Below are positions 1-12,363 of a stretch of 64,000 bases of DNA, in pieces; positions within the stretch are counted from its first letter, which is position 1, and the number at the start of each line of letters is the position of its first letter. Made by a program: the position numbers and the translations under genes. Source of the DNA: Eledone cirrhosa (Eukaryota); contig OZ024741.1 in NCBI GenBank assembly GCA_964016885.1, positions 143,096,001-143,160,000 on the forward strand, read 5' to 3'. The notes below the pieces were generated by a model, which saw nothing but the letters and a program-made list of their open reading frames with translations, did not search any database and was not told the DNA's origin.

Positions 1-254
1 CCGTGTTGGTGACACGACAAAAAGCACCCTGCCCACACTGTAAAGTGGTCGTATAGGTGTCATGACAAAAAGCATCCAGTATACACTGTAAATAGGGATG
101 GCATTAGGAAGGGCATCCAGCCATAGAAACCAAGCCAAAATCAGTTCTGTGTGAGCTAAACACGGTTATCTGACCTGGCTTGTCTCACAATGGGACAGCT
201 CATCTAACCCATGCTAGTGTAGAAAATGGACGTTAAACAGTGATGATGATGATG
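1..254 (+). mobile_element. 3' tail of RTE-LINE/RTE-tailed SINE family, ending in (GAT)n
   Basis: Modules 'aaaaagcacc..cacactgtaaagtgg', 'ttaggaagggcatccagc' and 'catgctag..ggacgttaaac(gat)n' match the 3'UTR of the RTE copy at 23.6-23.96 kb. Confidence 0.8.
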
Positions 255-781
255 GCAACATTCTGAAGATGGGGCAAATTTTGATATTCAGCATTATTTT
301 TGTCCATCAGTACAAACACTGCAACACTAAAAGTAAACAAGATGAGAGATTGGAGGCTGTGGTGTGGACAATCAAATGGAGACAATTTAGGGTCTGGGGG
401 ACTCTTCAGTTTCATCAAGCATTTAAGCGACATTCTCTATTGGTGACTCAATAAGATGTACCCAGTACATTCTGTAAAGAGTTGCCATGATAAAATGCAC
501 TCAGTACACTGCGTAAGGTGGTAACCCCAGAACTATAAAAAATTGCACCGAGTACACTTTGGAAATCGGTAGTGCTTGTGTCAGAAAAACATGTACCAAA
601 TATATGTAAGGTGGTTGACGTTAGCAATAACTAATCCAACTGTAAAAATCATTAAATATGAAATGTATGAGCAAGATGAGGTCACTTCAACCCATCAGAT
701 CTTGGACAACTTGTCCAACCAATGGCAGCATAGAAAGCAGGTATAACATGATAACTATTCTTACTCCTGTTTCATACAAAA

Positions 782-2300
782 CTCTAGCATCTAAATCGGC
801 CAAATCTAGCCAGAATTCTCTGCTCTTTCACACTGCCATTAATATATTGTTTTAAAAATAAACAATATCAATATCAAAATCTCATAGATTTAAGATTATG
901 CAAGATAAAGCCTTTACTGTGAATATACAATAGTAAATATAGTGAAACTTGTGATAACACATGTTTTAACGTTAGAAGTAAGATGGATTTTTTGTGAAAG
1001 TAGCGATACAGACTTTGAAGATTTTACTCATGAAGACTTACAAAATGAAGCGGAAAAAAATAAAATAACAGCGATTTATCTTTGAATGAATCGGATATAT
1101 ATATTTCTCTATTTTCATCTGACGATGATCATTATTTTGATATTGAAAGTGAAGAAGATTTCCACAACACCAATACATATTCCTGATTTCATTGAAAAAG
1201 CTGGTCCACAACACACACTACCTCCTCATCTCAACCACTGGATATTATTATTATATATTTTTTTTGCCAGACTTTCTTCAAAGTCGTGGCAGAGGAGACA
1301 AATGAGTATGCACAACAAACTATTTCTAATTGAGGAAAACTCGACAGATGCTGCGTGAATTTGAGCATTTTTTACCATAAATATTATGCTTGGTATAAAA
1401 CAACTTCCAAGACTTACTGGAGCCAAGATATGAAATATGGTGACCCTTCTATATCAAGCATTATACCTAAAACCAGGCTTTTGAAATTAAATCAATATTT
1501 TCACCTGACCGATACTTCCAATGCCCCTAGTAGGAATGAAGCAAATTATGATCTTCTTTATAAAGTCCACCCAATGCTTGATTTATTATGAGAAATTTAA
1601 AACTGTGTATGTACCTAGACAAAATCTGTTTTGATGAAGCAATGATTGGCTGTAAAGGTAGGTAGGGTACATCTATGACAATATATGCCAACTAAATCCA
1701 TCAAATGGGGCATCAAGGTGTGGGAGCTCTGTGAATCAGACACAGGCTACTGTTTACACACACACAAAAAAAAACAAAGTAAGAATCTTGCCCTCGTAAA
1801 CACGTACACTTGCAGTACAAGAATGGGCTATCGCAAAGGGCTACCTCAAGAAATAAAATGTACAAAAGAAGGGACATCCTTCAGGTGCAAAAAAGAAACA
1901 TGCTAGCCACATCATACAAGGATATAAGATAAATTTTATACTTGTCTTCAAATCAACAACGTGTTGGGGCTGAAGGTAAACCCTTAGAAAATATTTCCTA
2001 CAATACATGGATGGGGTTGACAAATCCAACCAGGATCCAGCACCACCAAAAAACTACTGCCACATGAAATTTCATATAGACATTGCATCACAGCTATGTG
2101 GAGGGTAGATTTCCTGTGAACAGAGCTGGGGGAAAAAAATCAAAACTATCTGAAGTAGATATTAGTGGAGAAAATATTGATTTTCATATGATAGAAAAAC
2201 TTAATGGAAGGAAGAGAATTTGTAGAATGTGCTCTTTGCAAAAGAGAAAAATCACTTTCATGCGCTCTTTTTGTTTGGCAGTTTGGACAATTTCATGACA
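782..2300 (+). mobile_element. Degenerate piggyBac (PGBD4-like) transposon fossil
   Basis: Broken frames: acidic N-terminus (ESSDTDFEDF), RLLKLNQYFHLTD..NYDLLYKVHP, DEAMIG, MPTKSIKWGIKVWELCESDTGY, YMDGVDKSNQ, KRICRMC; colinear with the piggyBac at 43-45 kb. Confidence 0.85.
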
Positions 2301-2349
2301 GAAATATTGCCCAACAATATTAATCATGCTATTAAAAAAAAATAAATGC

Positions 2350-3058
2350 CTGTGGATCAAAAAGAGAACTAGTTGGAAATTTGTCAGGATTTGCTTGAAA
2401 GACTTGAAATTGAGCCAGATTTTTTGGATAAAGTAATAACAGGAGATGAATCATGGGTATTCCAGTACAATCTAAATACAAAATGGCAAAGTGAGAAGTG
2501 GCACACAAAAAATTCACCACGTCCAAAGAAAGGAAGCAGGGCAGATCCAGGGTTAAAACAATGATTATCACTTTTTACGACAGCCATGGTATTGTTCACA
2601 AAGGATTGTGACCTCCAGGAGGCGGTTAATTGCACCTATAAAGATGTCGTGGAACAACTTCAAAAATGGTTCCGGCAAGTCCAAAAGGACATTGCATACT
2701 GCACCAGGATAACGCGCCTGATCACACAGCACTTTTAATTAGAGAATTTCTGATGAAGAAAAACATTCCCACTCTTTCACATCCTTCCTACAGACTGGAT
2801 CTACATCTTCCCTAAGTTGATATCAAAGTTGAAGGGTCATCATTTTTGGACTGTGGAAAACACAAAAAACATTGTAACTGACAAGCTAAGGACACTTACA
2901 GAAAATGACTTCTGGTACTGCTATGATCAATGGAACAAACGGAACCACTGTGTGACATCCCAAGGGTAGTATTTTGAAGGAGATAACTTGTAATTTCATT
3001 TACATCTAATATACATTTAAATAAAACATCAGTACCCATACTTTTGGGACAAACTTCG
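2350..3058 (+). mobile_element. Mariner (Tc1/mariner) transposon, 3' half, degenerate
   Basis: FLDKVITGDESWVFQY..QSEKWH..SPRPKK, HQDNAP and HPSY..DL motifs; right TIR 'cccatacttttgggacaaacttcg' followed by TA. Confidence 0.88.
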
Positions 3059-3064
3059 TATATA

Positions 3065-4232
3065 TGAGGGTGGGCTGAGATGTTTAAAGGCTGACTATGA
3101 AAGAATGATGCTAGAGTTGTGCATACATTAATTGTTATTTTTATTAATAACTGCATTTTTTCTTTCTAGGTAAGCTGACATTTCAAAAGTAACTAGTAGC
3201 GACTTCTGAAAATGGACAAAATTGGCATCATAGTGTTATCAAGTATATGCGGAAAAAGGGTTGAACCCCCAAGGACATTCATGCTGGCATGGTTGCTACA
3301 TTAGGGGATGATACTCCAGCTTTATCAACAGTGCAAAAGTGGACAGCTGAATTTAAGAAGAGAAGAGAGAGTCATGAAGATGACCCAAGCAAGATATGAG
3401 ATGTCCTGCAACTGCCACCACCAAGGAAAACATTGATCATGTTCACCACATGGTGATGAATGATAGGCAATTGACAATAGATCAAACAGCTAATCCTATG
3501 TGATAGTTGAGAATATTCTGCTCAATGAACTTGGCATGACAAAAGTTTCTGCTTGGTGGGTGTATACTAGGCTGATCACATCATGGAAAAATCTGACATT
3601 GTTTGAGGTAGATCCAGCTGGTTTCCTTGAACGTTTCCTGATCCAGGATGAATGAGAGACAAAGAGACAATCCATGCAATGGAAACACCTCTCCTCACCT
3701 CCTCAAAAGAAGGCCAAAGTCCATTTCATCTGCAGGGAAGGTGGTGGCCTCAGATTTGGGGATGCAAAAGGTATTGTGTTTATTGGCTATCTTCAAAAGG
3801 GCCACATCATCAATGGAGAGTATTATGTCAACTTGCTGAGAGAGTTATGAAAGGCTATCAAGACCAAACGCCCAGGAAAACTGATGAAAGGGGCCTTGTT
3901 TCATCAAGAAAATGCTCCAGCATGCGTGACTAGCTTTGAACTGGTTGATCACCCTCCTTATTCTCCTGATTTGGCTTTATCGATCATCTGTTCCCCAACA
4001 TGAAACAAACATTTGGCTGGGACCCAGTATCGTAGTGATGATGATATTGTATCTTCTGTTGATGACCCTTTTAACCAACAGGATGAAAGCTTCTTCAACA
4101 ATGGGATCCAAGCACTGTAACACTGATGGAAGAAGTGTGTGGACCACAAGGGAGACTATGTTAAAAAATAAATCTCATTTAGTCACATTCCACGAGTGTC
4201 TAGGTGCCTATTAACTTTTCAGCCATCCTTCG
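3065..4232 (+). mobile_element. Full-length degenerate mariner transposon (second family)
   Basis: Imperfect TIRs (ta|tgagggtgggctgagatgtttaaaggc ... gcctattaacttttcagccatccttcg|ta); PKDIH..LGDDTPALSTVQKW..EFK HTH region and HPPYSPDLA motif; multiple frameshifts. Confidence 0.9.
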
Positions 4233-4449
4233 TACATGCACATACTCCAACACATACCCATGCAAACATCTATATATGCATATATACACATGCACACACA
4301 CTTACATACTCATATTTTGTAAATTGCTGGCCATGCACTAAACACACACTTACATACTCATATTTTGTAAATTGCTGACCATGCACTAAACACACACATG
4401 CGTAAATACTGATATGCATACTTACGCATATATAAGCACATACATACAA

Positions 4450-7335
4450 GCACCTTCATTTCCTGCTAGCAAGGATTGGATAGGTCTACATAGACCAAGT
4501 CAGTACTGAAGCAAGGCAGGCCAATGATCTGCGTCTCACTTATGTATGGTCTCATAGTGTTCTGAGTGCATAGGACGTTATGTCTTTGACACAACTGAGG
4601 GTCCTCACCACTCTTTGTTTAAGAAGCTTTCTAAGGCTGGATGCACTTCCTACCACAAACCACTTTACAGTGTGTACTGGCTGCATTTATCATGTAGATC
4701 ACCAACACTAGAGAGGTTGACATCTCGTGGTACTACCAAAGGGCCCTCTTCCTGTGTCTGCCTCTCCCACAGGTCCAAATCACTGGGGTTTCTCTGCATT
4801 TCTTTATGCAGTTGTTATTTTCCATACATATCACATATCCATTCCAACACAGTCTTCTCTCTTGCACGCTACATCCAATTCCTCTTATGCCGAGTTTTTC
4901 TCTCAGTTTGCTTATGCTATGTCATTTATGTACACTAACATTACAGATCCATTGGAACATACATAATTACTTTCTTTCTAATCTCCACAGATCTTATGCA
5001 GTCAAGGCCCGTGTTTCACTGCCATGTAACATTGCAGTTCACACACAGGCATCATATAGTGTACCCTTCACTCAGAGAAAAACATTTTGTTGTCAGTAGT
5101 GGAAATAGATCTCTAAACTTCTGCCAGCCTGTTCTTATATTAGCTATCACACTTTCAGCACATCCTCCCCCACTGCTTATTTGATCACTTAGGTAGTGAA
5201 AGCTGTCAACAACTTCTAAGGATCCCCCTTGGTAACTGAAGGAATCTATTTCTTTATGCTCACTTCTCCAGTGCATCTGTGCCATATAAAGTCTATCTTT
5301 TCAGTTAGAATACCTGCAATCCCACATCTATTGTGCTTCCATAATTTACATTGTGTGCACCGTATGGAATTTCTGCTCACCCATCCTGATATATCGAACA
5401 AGGCCACTTTCCTACTTATTACGACGACTTTCGTTTTTGCTAAATTTACTTTTAGACTTTTCAACTCCAGGTTCTTCCATGCTTGAAATTTTGTCTCTAA
5501 CTCTTCAACGGATTCAGCTATGAGGACTAGGTTACCAGCATATAGGAGCTCCCATGGAGTGCCAGTTTTAAACTCCTCAGGGATTGCCTGATGATAATGA
5601 AAAACAGGAGTGGACTGAGAACTGATCACTGGTGAACCCCCACCTGCACTTCAAATTCATTACCGTACTGATTGTTAACTCTCATTCTGCTGGTTGCTCC
5701 TATAAACATGGCCTGTATGGCCCTCACAAGCCATTCGTCTACACCTAGCTTCCTTAAGTGCCTACAAGATTATAGAGCGTGGGACCCTGTCAAAGGCCTC
5801 CAGATCTACAAATGCTAGATACAGTGGCTTACTCCTAGCTAAGTCCCTCTCCTGTAGTTGTCTCACAAGAAAGAGGACATCAGTAGTACCCCTACCTCAC
5901 AGAAATCAAAACTGCATCTCATCTAACTTGACTCAATTAGTTGTGCTATAACCCTTTCAGCAACTTTCTTGACCTAGTAAATCAACTCGATGCCTCTGTA
6001 GTTACATCATAGTGCATCACGTTTGCCCTTGTAGCAATTTACAATGATACTGCAGCACCAGTCATTGGGTATGACACCATCCTGTACTACTTGATTAACT
6101 ATGCATCTGACTATACCAGATGGTCCGACTGCCTTCTCTAACTTCATATCCTTAATTGCTTTATCTATCATACTGCTGTCAACTTTTATGGCCGATTCCT
6201 CAGTAGGGTTTGCATGGGGTAGGGCCTCACTGACCTATTTAATTTTCTTGTTCAGCAGCCTCTCATAGTAAGTCTTTCATGCCACCTTCTTTTTAGGCAT
6301 CAGTCAGAGCAAGTGCTCCACTATCATTTCAGACACTCTTTCCCTGACCGCATTATGATTTTCTCTAGCATACACTCTCACAGTATGCTAGAGATTAGAG
6401 GCATGAAGTATGAACACTTCATGCCTCTAATCTTCACAATGCAGAACATGTGCAAATTTTTTTCTTTTCTGCCTCTCCCCTAGCTAGATATACCTGATGC
6501 CTGCCTCTCTTCTAGCTATCTGGTATTGTTTTCTGTCTTCTCCGTTCCTCTATTCTCATCAAGCTTGTCTTTTTATTTTAATGGTTCTTTCTGCCTTGTC
6601 CCCCAGCTGCAAACCTAGCCAGTGGTTTCCAGCAGATTGTCCCATAGAAATTCCCAATTTTTTCTGTTATATGTCCCTAGCCTTTCTTCAATGCTGTCAT
6701 AGGTGTCAAGAAGGATTTTTCTAAATTTGTTACCTACAGAAGGATTTTTCAGCTTCCATGACTCCCTTTTCCAGACTGGTTTTTGTCTTTTGGTCTATCT
6801 GGCCTTTACTCTAAGGTCACTGACAATTAATCTATGTTGGGCAGTACATTCCTCCACAGGAAAGGAGACTGGTTTTTGTCTTTTGGTCTATCTGGCCTTT
6901 ACTCTAAGGTCACTGACAATTAATCTATGTTGGGCGATACATTCCTCCACAGGAAAGGACTTGACATTTACAACCATTTGTCTGTCTCGTTTCCTGGTGA
7001 TGATTAAGTCTATTTGGCTTGTATGCTCCCAGGATTGGTTGGTAGGTAATCAGGTGGTTGGCGGATTTCTTGAAGTTTGTGTTACAGATCATTAAGTCGA
7101 GGGCATCAAAGAACTTCAGAAGCCAGGTCCTCTCCTTGTTTCTTCTGCCATAAAACCATAGCCTCCATGTATGCCAGGGAGTTTGTCATGATGTTTCTCA
7201 ACTTATCCATTGAAGTCACTAGCTGCAGTCATGAGACCGTTATTGAGGTAGTCTGTAAGAGGGTCTCATAGAAATGGTTCTTCTGTTCATCAGCAAGTCC
7301 TGTTTGTGGGATGTATGCAGATAGTATAGTGGCTG
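4450..7335 (-). mobile_element. Old, near full-length RTE LINE (APE part, RT, 3' tail), heavily mutated
   Basis: Minus-strand frames AYIPQTGLADEQKNHFYETL (APE), EEFKTGTPWELLYAG, KVNLAKTKV, EVVDSFHYLSDQISSGGGC; homologous to 61.7-63.6 kb. Confidence 0.9.
6773..6959. repeat. 93-bp direct tandem duplication inside the RTE
   Basis: 'agactggtttttgtcttttgg...ccacaggaaagg' starts at 6773 and 6866; seen as a repeated 31-aa block in ORF 6703-7095. Confidence 0.95.
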
Positions 7336-7769
7336 TAGAATTGCACATATATTAAAAATCAAATTACAGAGCTGCAAACTGTTCATAATCACCACATCTA
7401 AATGTACCCCTTCTGTATACTATTAGAGTATAAATAAATATCATCCATTTGAATACAGTGTAGGGCTGTAATATGAATAAGTCTTATGCTTATTATATAC
7501 CAAAATAAACTCGGAGCAACCAAGTCTTGCTCATTATGAATATTTAGTATATTTGTGTTGTGTGAAAAGCATATACTTAAGTACCAATAATTTACTGGAA
7601 AGAATTCTATCATTGGGAGATGATAAATTTTATGTGTAATCACAAACATTCACAGCAGTGGTCCCCTTATAGATTTTCCAAATTACATAGAATCTAAAAA
7701 TATATTTTACTTAAAGCTGAACTTGTGGATAGTAATTCCAGACGTGGAAACAAAAGATAGAATCTAAAG

Positions 7770-8900
7770 GTCTCAGAGCAAACTAAAGTCTTAGTAAATA
7801 GAAGAAATGGCAATGTTTGAAATAGAGAAATGGCATAGGGAAAACTTCCACACAGTGTACCCATAGTAAAGTATCAGGACATAAAGTGTAATGGTGTTTC
7901 AGGCAAGTTAACAGAGAAAAGAGATTTTTTTGGGGGCAGATGCACACAAATACCCCAGATAATGCTCCAGTCTAACCCAGCAAACATGTGAAACCATCTA
8001 ACTGAGAAGAAGGAAAAAAAACTGAAAGTAGCAGAGAAGTTTGTCTAACTAGGCAAAACATTCAGCAGTTCTTGCTCTCAAGATGAAATATTTCTCCAGA
8101 TTCAGAAAGCAACTGACACCTTCATGGTTCTTGAGTCTTTGGTCCAAAAATGGCAGCACAAGGTTAACAAAAATTCTGGCAGGTTTAGAGAATCACTGTT
8201 GAAAACATGTTTCTTTTTAGCAGTTAGTGATGGTTTTCCTATGACATAACTAAACCACCATTATCATATATATATGGTGAATTGGCAGTATCGGTAGAGT
8301 GTCAGACACCTTGCTTTGACGCATAGAGTTATGGCCCTTTACGTTCTGAGTTCAAATCCCGCCGAGGTTAACTTTGCCTTTCATCCTTACGGGGTCGATA
8401 AAATAAAGTACCAGAAATGCACTGGGTAATTGCTGGCCTTGTGCCAAAAGTAGAAACAATTATCATATATATATAACTCCATACAATGTACACAATGTAA
8501 ATCTTGGGTCCACAAGAGATGTAGATGTAGTGCTCTTTTGAATGTGCAATGTAAGTGTGAGAGGGAAGCAGAGCTTGGATGAGTTGAAGGAGAAGCTGGG
8601 TTTAAAAGGAATTTGAGGTAGTGTGCAGGAAAGAAGACTGTGATAGTTTGGACATGTGATGTGCATGGACAATGATCTTTGGGTGAAGAAGTACCAGGAA
8701 ATGCCAGTGGAAGGAAGTCATGGTAGAGGTAGACCAAGAAAGACCTGGGCAGAGATTGTGACAACTGACCTCAAATCACTGAGACTCATAAAGGCGATGT
8801 CAAAGGACCGCGAAGTGTGGAGAGATGCCATGCTGAGAAGAACCCATCCAACCCATGAAAGCATGGAAAGCGAACGTAAAAATGACAATGGTGATGATAT
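7770..8900 (+). mobile_element. Fragmented RTE LINE pieces (RT/PHD region and C-terminus) interrupted by a SINE
   Basis: KTKVLV, GKLTEKRDF, 'FGHVMCMD..VEGSHGRGRPRKTWAEIV..DREVWR', followed by a tail remnant. Confidence 0.75.
8276..8463 (+). mobile_element. tRNA-derived SINE family A (central 'gcctttcatccttacggggtcgataaaataaagtaccag' domain, Meta-like), with TSD
   Basis: A-box 'tggcagtatcgg', B-box 'gagttcaaatcc', 3' end 'gtagaaacaattat'; TSD attatcatatatatat at 8260 and 8459. Confidence 0.9.
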
Positions 8901-9646
8901 ATATATATAATCAAAAGTTAGTTTTTAAATCATTTTTAATCCCTTTCACATATTCCAGAGCATTATACATAAAATTACTGAAGGGATGTTGTGTAATTTG
9001 TGTAAGTGAAAAAACAAAAACAAACAAAACAATAAATCAATCAAAACTAACTTTTACATAATGCACTTTCCTCAGAGAAATTAAAAAAGAAATATTAAAT
9101 TAAAATAGAATATAACCGAATTCAATTCCCACCTTACACATAATTAGGGAAAACAGTCTACCTGTTGACATAGCAATGTCTACATATCTAATGAGAAAAA
9201 AACAACCAAAAAACGGATATTTATTATGTCACTATAAGAACGCTTACTATCACTTGTATTTAAAAACAAAAAAAATGTTTATGGAAATACTATATTACAT
9301 TTAAAGTGTGCTATTGTAGTCAGCAGTGTTTACCTTAAGTAAGAGAGAAAGTTTCAATTTAAAGATGAAACACGTTTCATTGTCAAAACACGTGCCATGT
9401 TTGATGAAGAATTAAATTGAAACTGTCTTTATATCAGGCCCCTGTCATTGTGATTGTGCTGAGCTGATTGATGTTGAAACAATTGTTGATATGCCAATAA
9501 AGTTTATATATATATATATATATATAAAAAAATTAAGATTAATAAGGACTTGAATGAAACCATTTAATAGATTTATGACTGTTTCATTAGACCGACAAGA
9601 ATATTCATTCCTTTAGAATAATCTCATTAGAATTGATTAAATACAA

Positions 9647-9800
9647 ATAATTGTTTCTACTTTAGGCACAAGGCCAGCAATTACCCAGTGCATTACTGGT
9701 ACTTTATTTTATTGACTCTGTAAGGATGAAAGGCAAAGTCAACCTCGGCGGGATTTGAACTCAGATCGTAAAGGGACGTAACTACGCTGGAAAGCATGGC
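9647..9800 (-). mobile_element. SINE family A, 5'-truncated, with 17-bp TSD
   Basis: Reverse complement of family A; TSD gattaaatacaaataat at 9635 and 9801. Confidence 0.9.
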
Positions 9801-9913
9801 GATTAAATACAAATAATATTTATCTTATATACTCATGATTTACATTGAGGTTTAAAATGTTCTTTGCCTTTATATGGTTGTATTACCAACTCATTTAAAT
9901 TCTTTTATATGTA

Positions 9914-10203
9914 CAGTGGAACCTTGCTACATAAACTTAACTCATTCCTGAAGGCCATTCATCATACAAAATGTTCATAAACCAAAACTATTTTTCCCAT
10001 ACGAAATGTTGATAGAGAAATACAGTGAGAGAGAGATTGCATGTGAAAGACATAAATATCACCATAGTAACTAACTACACAGCAAGTAATATCTTCTCAC
10101 CAATACTTGAAGCTTGTTTGTTACACCATTCGTCAACTGAGACGTTTTATGTTCAGAAAAATTGTTGATGATGATGAGAGGCGTTCATGAACTAAGGTTA
10201 CAC
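9914..10203. mobile_element. Tigger/pogo-like MITE, degenerate
   Basis: ta|cagtggaaccttg left end; degenerate right end 'gaactaaggttacac'. Confidence 0.55.
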
Positions 10204-10204
10204 A

Positions 10205-10442
10205 CACACAGAGAGACAACAAAAACATGCCCAGCCCACACTGTAAAGTGGTCATTTAGGCGTCATGGCAAAAAAGCAGCCAGCCCACACTGTCAATATA
10301 AAGGGCAACTAACCGTAGAAAGCAAGTCAGAACCAGTTCTATATGAGCAAGACAAGGTCATCTGATCTGACTTGTCTCACAATGGGAAAACTCGTCTAAC
10401 CCATGCTAGCGAGGAAAAATGGATGTTAAACAGTGATGATGA
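10205..10442 (+). mobile_element. RTE 3'-tail repeat
   Basis: Same modules as 1-254, ending in gatgatg. Confidence 0.75.
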
Positions 10443-10467
10443 AATAAATAAATATGTGTGTGTGTGT

Positions 10468-10670
10468 GTAAAAGGTAAACAGAAATAACAACACAATCGG
10501 TACAGTACATGGAAGGAATATATTAGTTTGACGCTTGAAATAGCAGGAAGAGGGTCTTAACGTTTCAGATGCTAGTCCTTATGCAAAAGGCAAACGACAC
10601 AGTACTAAGAAGAAATATATTAACGTTTCAGACACTAGTCCTTCATCAGAAAATAGAATGAGAAATTAAT
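10468..10670 (-). mobile_element. Penelope-like pseudo-LTR fragment with two tandem hammerhead motifs
   Basis: Reverse complement aligns with 55335-55465; contains ctgatga-a-ggac-tagt-gtct-gaaa-cgtt. Confidence 0.8.
10613..10656 (-). ncRNA. Minimal type I hammerhead ribozyme motif
   Basis: Minus strand: tatttt CTGATGA a GGAC tagt GTCT GAAA CG TT aatata; palindromic stem III typical of PLE hammerheads. Confidence 0.7.
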
Positions 10671-10706
10671 GAAGAAATAGAAAGAACACACATACGGTGC
10701 AGTCTC

Positions 10707-10758
<52 letters not shown>

Positions 10759-11639
10759 ACTCTGTATTCATACAGACATAATCTTATCATAAATTTCGGC
10801 TGCTGGCGCACATCTTACTAAATATCTTAATTAATTACCAACACAAGCACTAATTATATGCAAATTAGTACATCTATTTCAGAATAATACTGAGAGCGAA
10901 TGGGTATATATAACAAATTAAATACATATTTCCTTGTGATTGATTGGATGACTTTATGCCAAGGAGAAACACTACCGAAGCCATCTTCTTAGGAGAGGTA
11001 CTTAGCTAAGAATACATCCCTATACCTAACAATTGACAAAATCTCACTCTGAAATGTGGTGGGTGTTTAGGAAAATAAAAATAGAAAATGGCTTGTGAAG
11101 GCTGTACAAGCCGTGTACAGTGGAGTATTCAGCAAAGTGAATGTTAATCACTACAGCAATGAATTTAGTGTGTAGGTAGAGGACAGAACCTGTTGAAGAA
11201 AGTAATCAAGAAGATATGGATGAAATTGTGAAGAATAATCTCAAGAAACTAAACTTGACAAATGAAATGACACAGGTGCAAGCCGACTGATGGTATGCCC
11301 TAATACACCAGCAGAGCACTACTATGATAAAATTTGTAAATGTGGCAAAAGATCGGAGACTACGTGAAGTAGAGAGAGTCCTTAAGGCTGCAGTGGACAA
11401 GTTAATCTTGTGATGATCTCACAATGGAATGCATTTGGTACACTGTAAACAAGTCGAAAGTCATGACGTCACTGGTCTCGCGTGGACTGCCATGGTTCGG
11501 GATGCCGTCAGGACGAGGGAAGAAGCCGACTCAACCCGTCCAGGGTGAATGTCGACACAAGTACAAGTACAAGTACTGTAAAACAGGTAGTAATGAAATG
11601 GAGACATTATAGGGTAGAGAGGACTTTTCATATAACGAC

Positions 11640-11945
11640 CTCATTAGTGTTGGTGCGACAATAAAATGCACTTAGCAAACTCTGTACACTCTTTAAAATG
11701 TTAGTGTTGGTTCCACAATAAAATGCACTCAAGTACACTCTCTAAAATGTTAGTGCTGGTGCCCCGATAAATAAACCTAGTACACTCTCTAAATTGTAAG
11801 TGCTGATACCAAAATTAAATGCACTCAATACACAGAATAAAGTATTATTAGTGCCAGTAGTATAAAATACACCAAGTATGCTCTGTAAAATTGTTGGCAT
11901 TAAGGGTATCCAACATAAGAAACCATGCCAAATGTGGAACTACAA
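11640..11945 (+). repeat. Diverged ~43-bp tandem array of RTE-tail modules
   Basis: About 6 units 'ttagtgttggtgc.acaataaaatgcac..agtacactct.taaa' running into the 'ggcattaagggtatcc' tail module. Confidence 0.75.
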
Positions 11946-12004
11946 AACATTCTTAGCTGTCATCATATTTAGCTTTCATTGGTCTCTAGGTTAGTGATGT
12001 TTAA

Positions 12005-12363
12005 CCCTTTCATGACCATATTTTGAATGAAACATTATTTTTCAATAAATAAATGAAGATTTACTGAAATTATTCATTATTTCATTACTACGAGGGCGAT
12101 GAATTGGCAGTATCAGTAGAGGGTTGGACGCCATGCTTTCTAGCATAGTTACGTCCCTTTACAGTCTGAGTTCAAATCCCGCCGAGGTTAACTTTGCCTT
12201 TCATCCTTACGTGGTCGATAAAATAAAGTACCAGTAATGTACTGGGTATTTGCTGGCCTTGTGCCTAAAATAGAAACAATTATTTCATTACTACGACAGT
12301 AACTTAACATATAGTTCTTACATAACATTATGTTGAAATAATTTTTTGCTGGTATGAAAAGGG
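12005..12363. mobile_element. piggyBac-type MITE (TTAA TSD) carrying a nested SINE A
   Basis: ttaa|ccctttcatgacca ... tggtatgaaaaggg|ttaa. Confidence 0.8.
12094..12283 (+). mobile_element. SINE family A with 18-bp TSD
   Basis: TSD attatttcattactacga at 12076 and 12279; A/B boxes intact. Confidence 0.92.

Noticed and set aside
11640-11945. Regularly spaced repeats resembling a CRISPR array (also 58530-58760)
   Set aside because: Diverged tandem units with no unique spacers, no cas genes, eukaryotic context; derived from RTE tails
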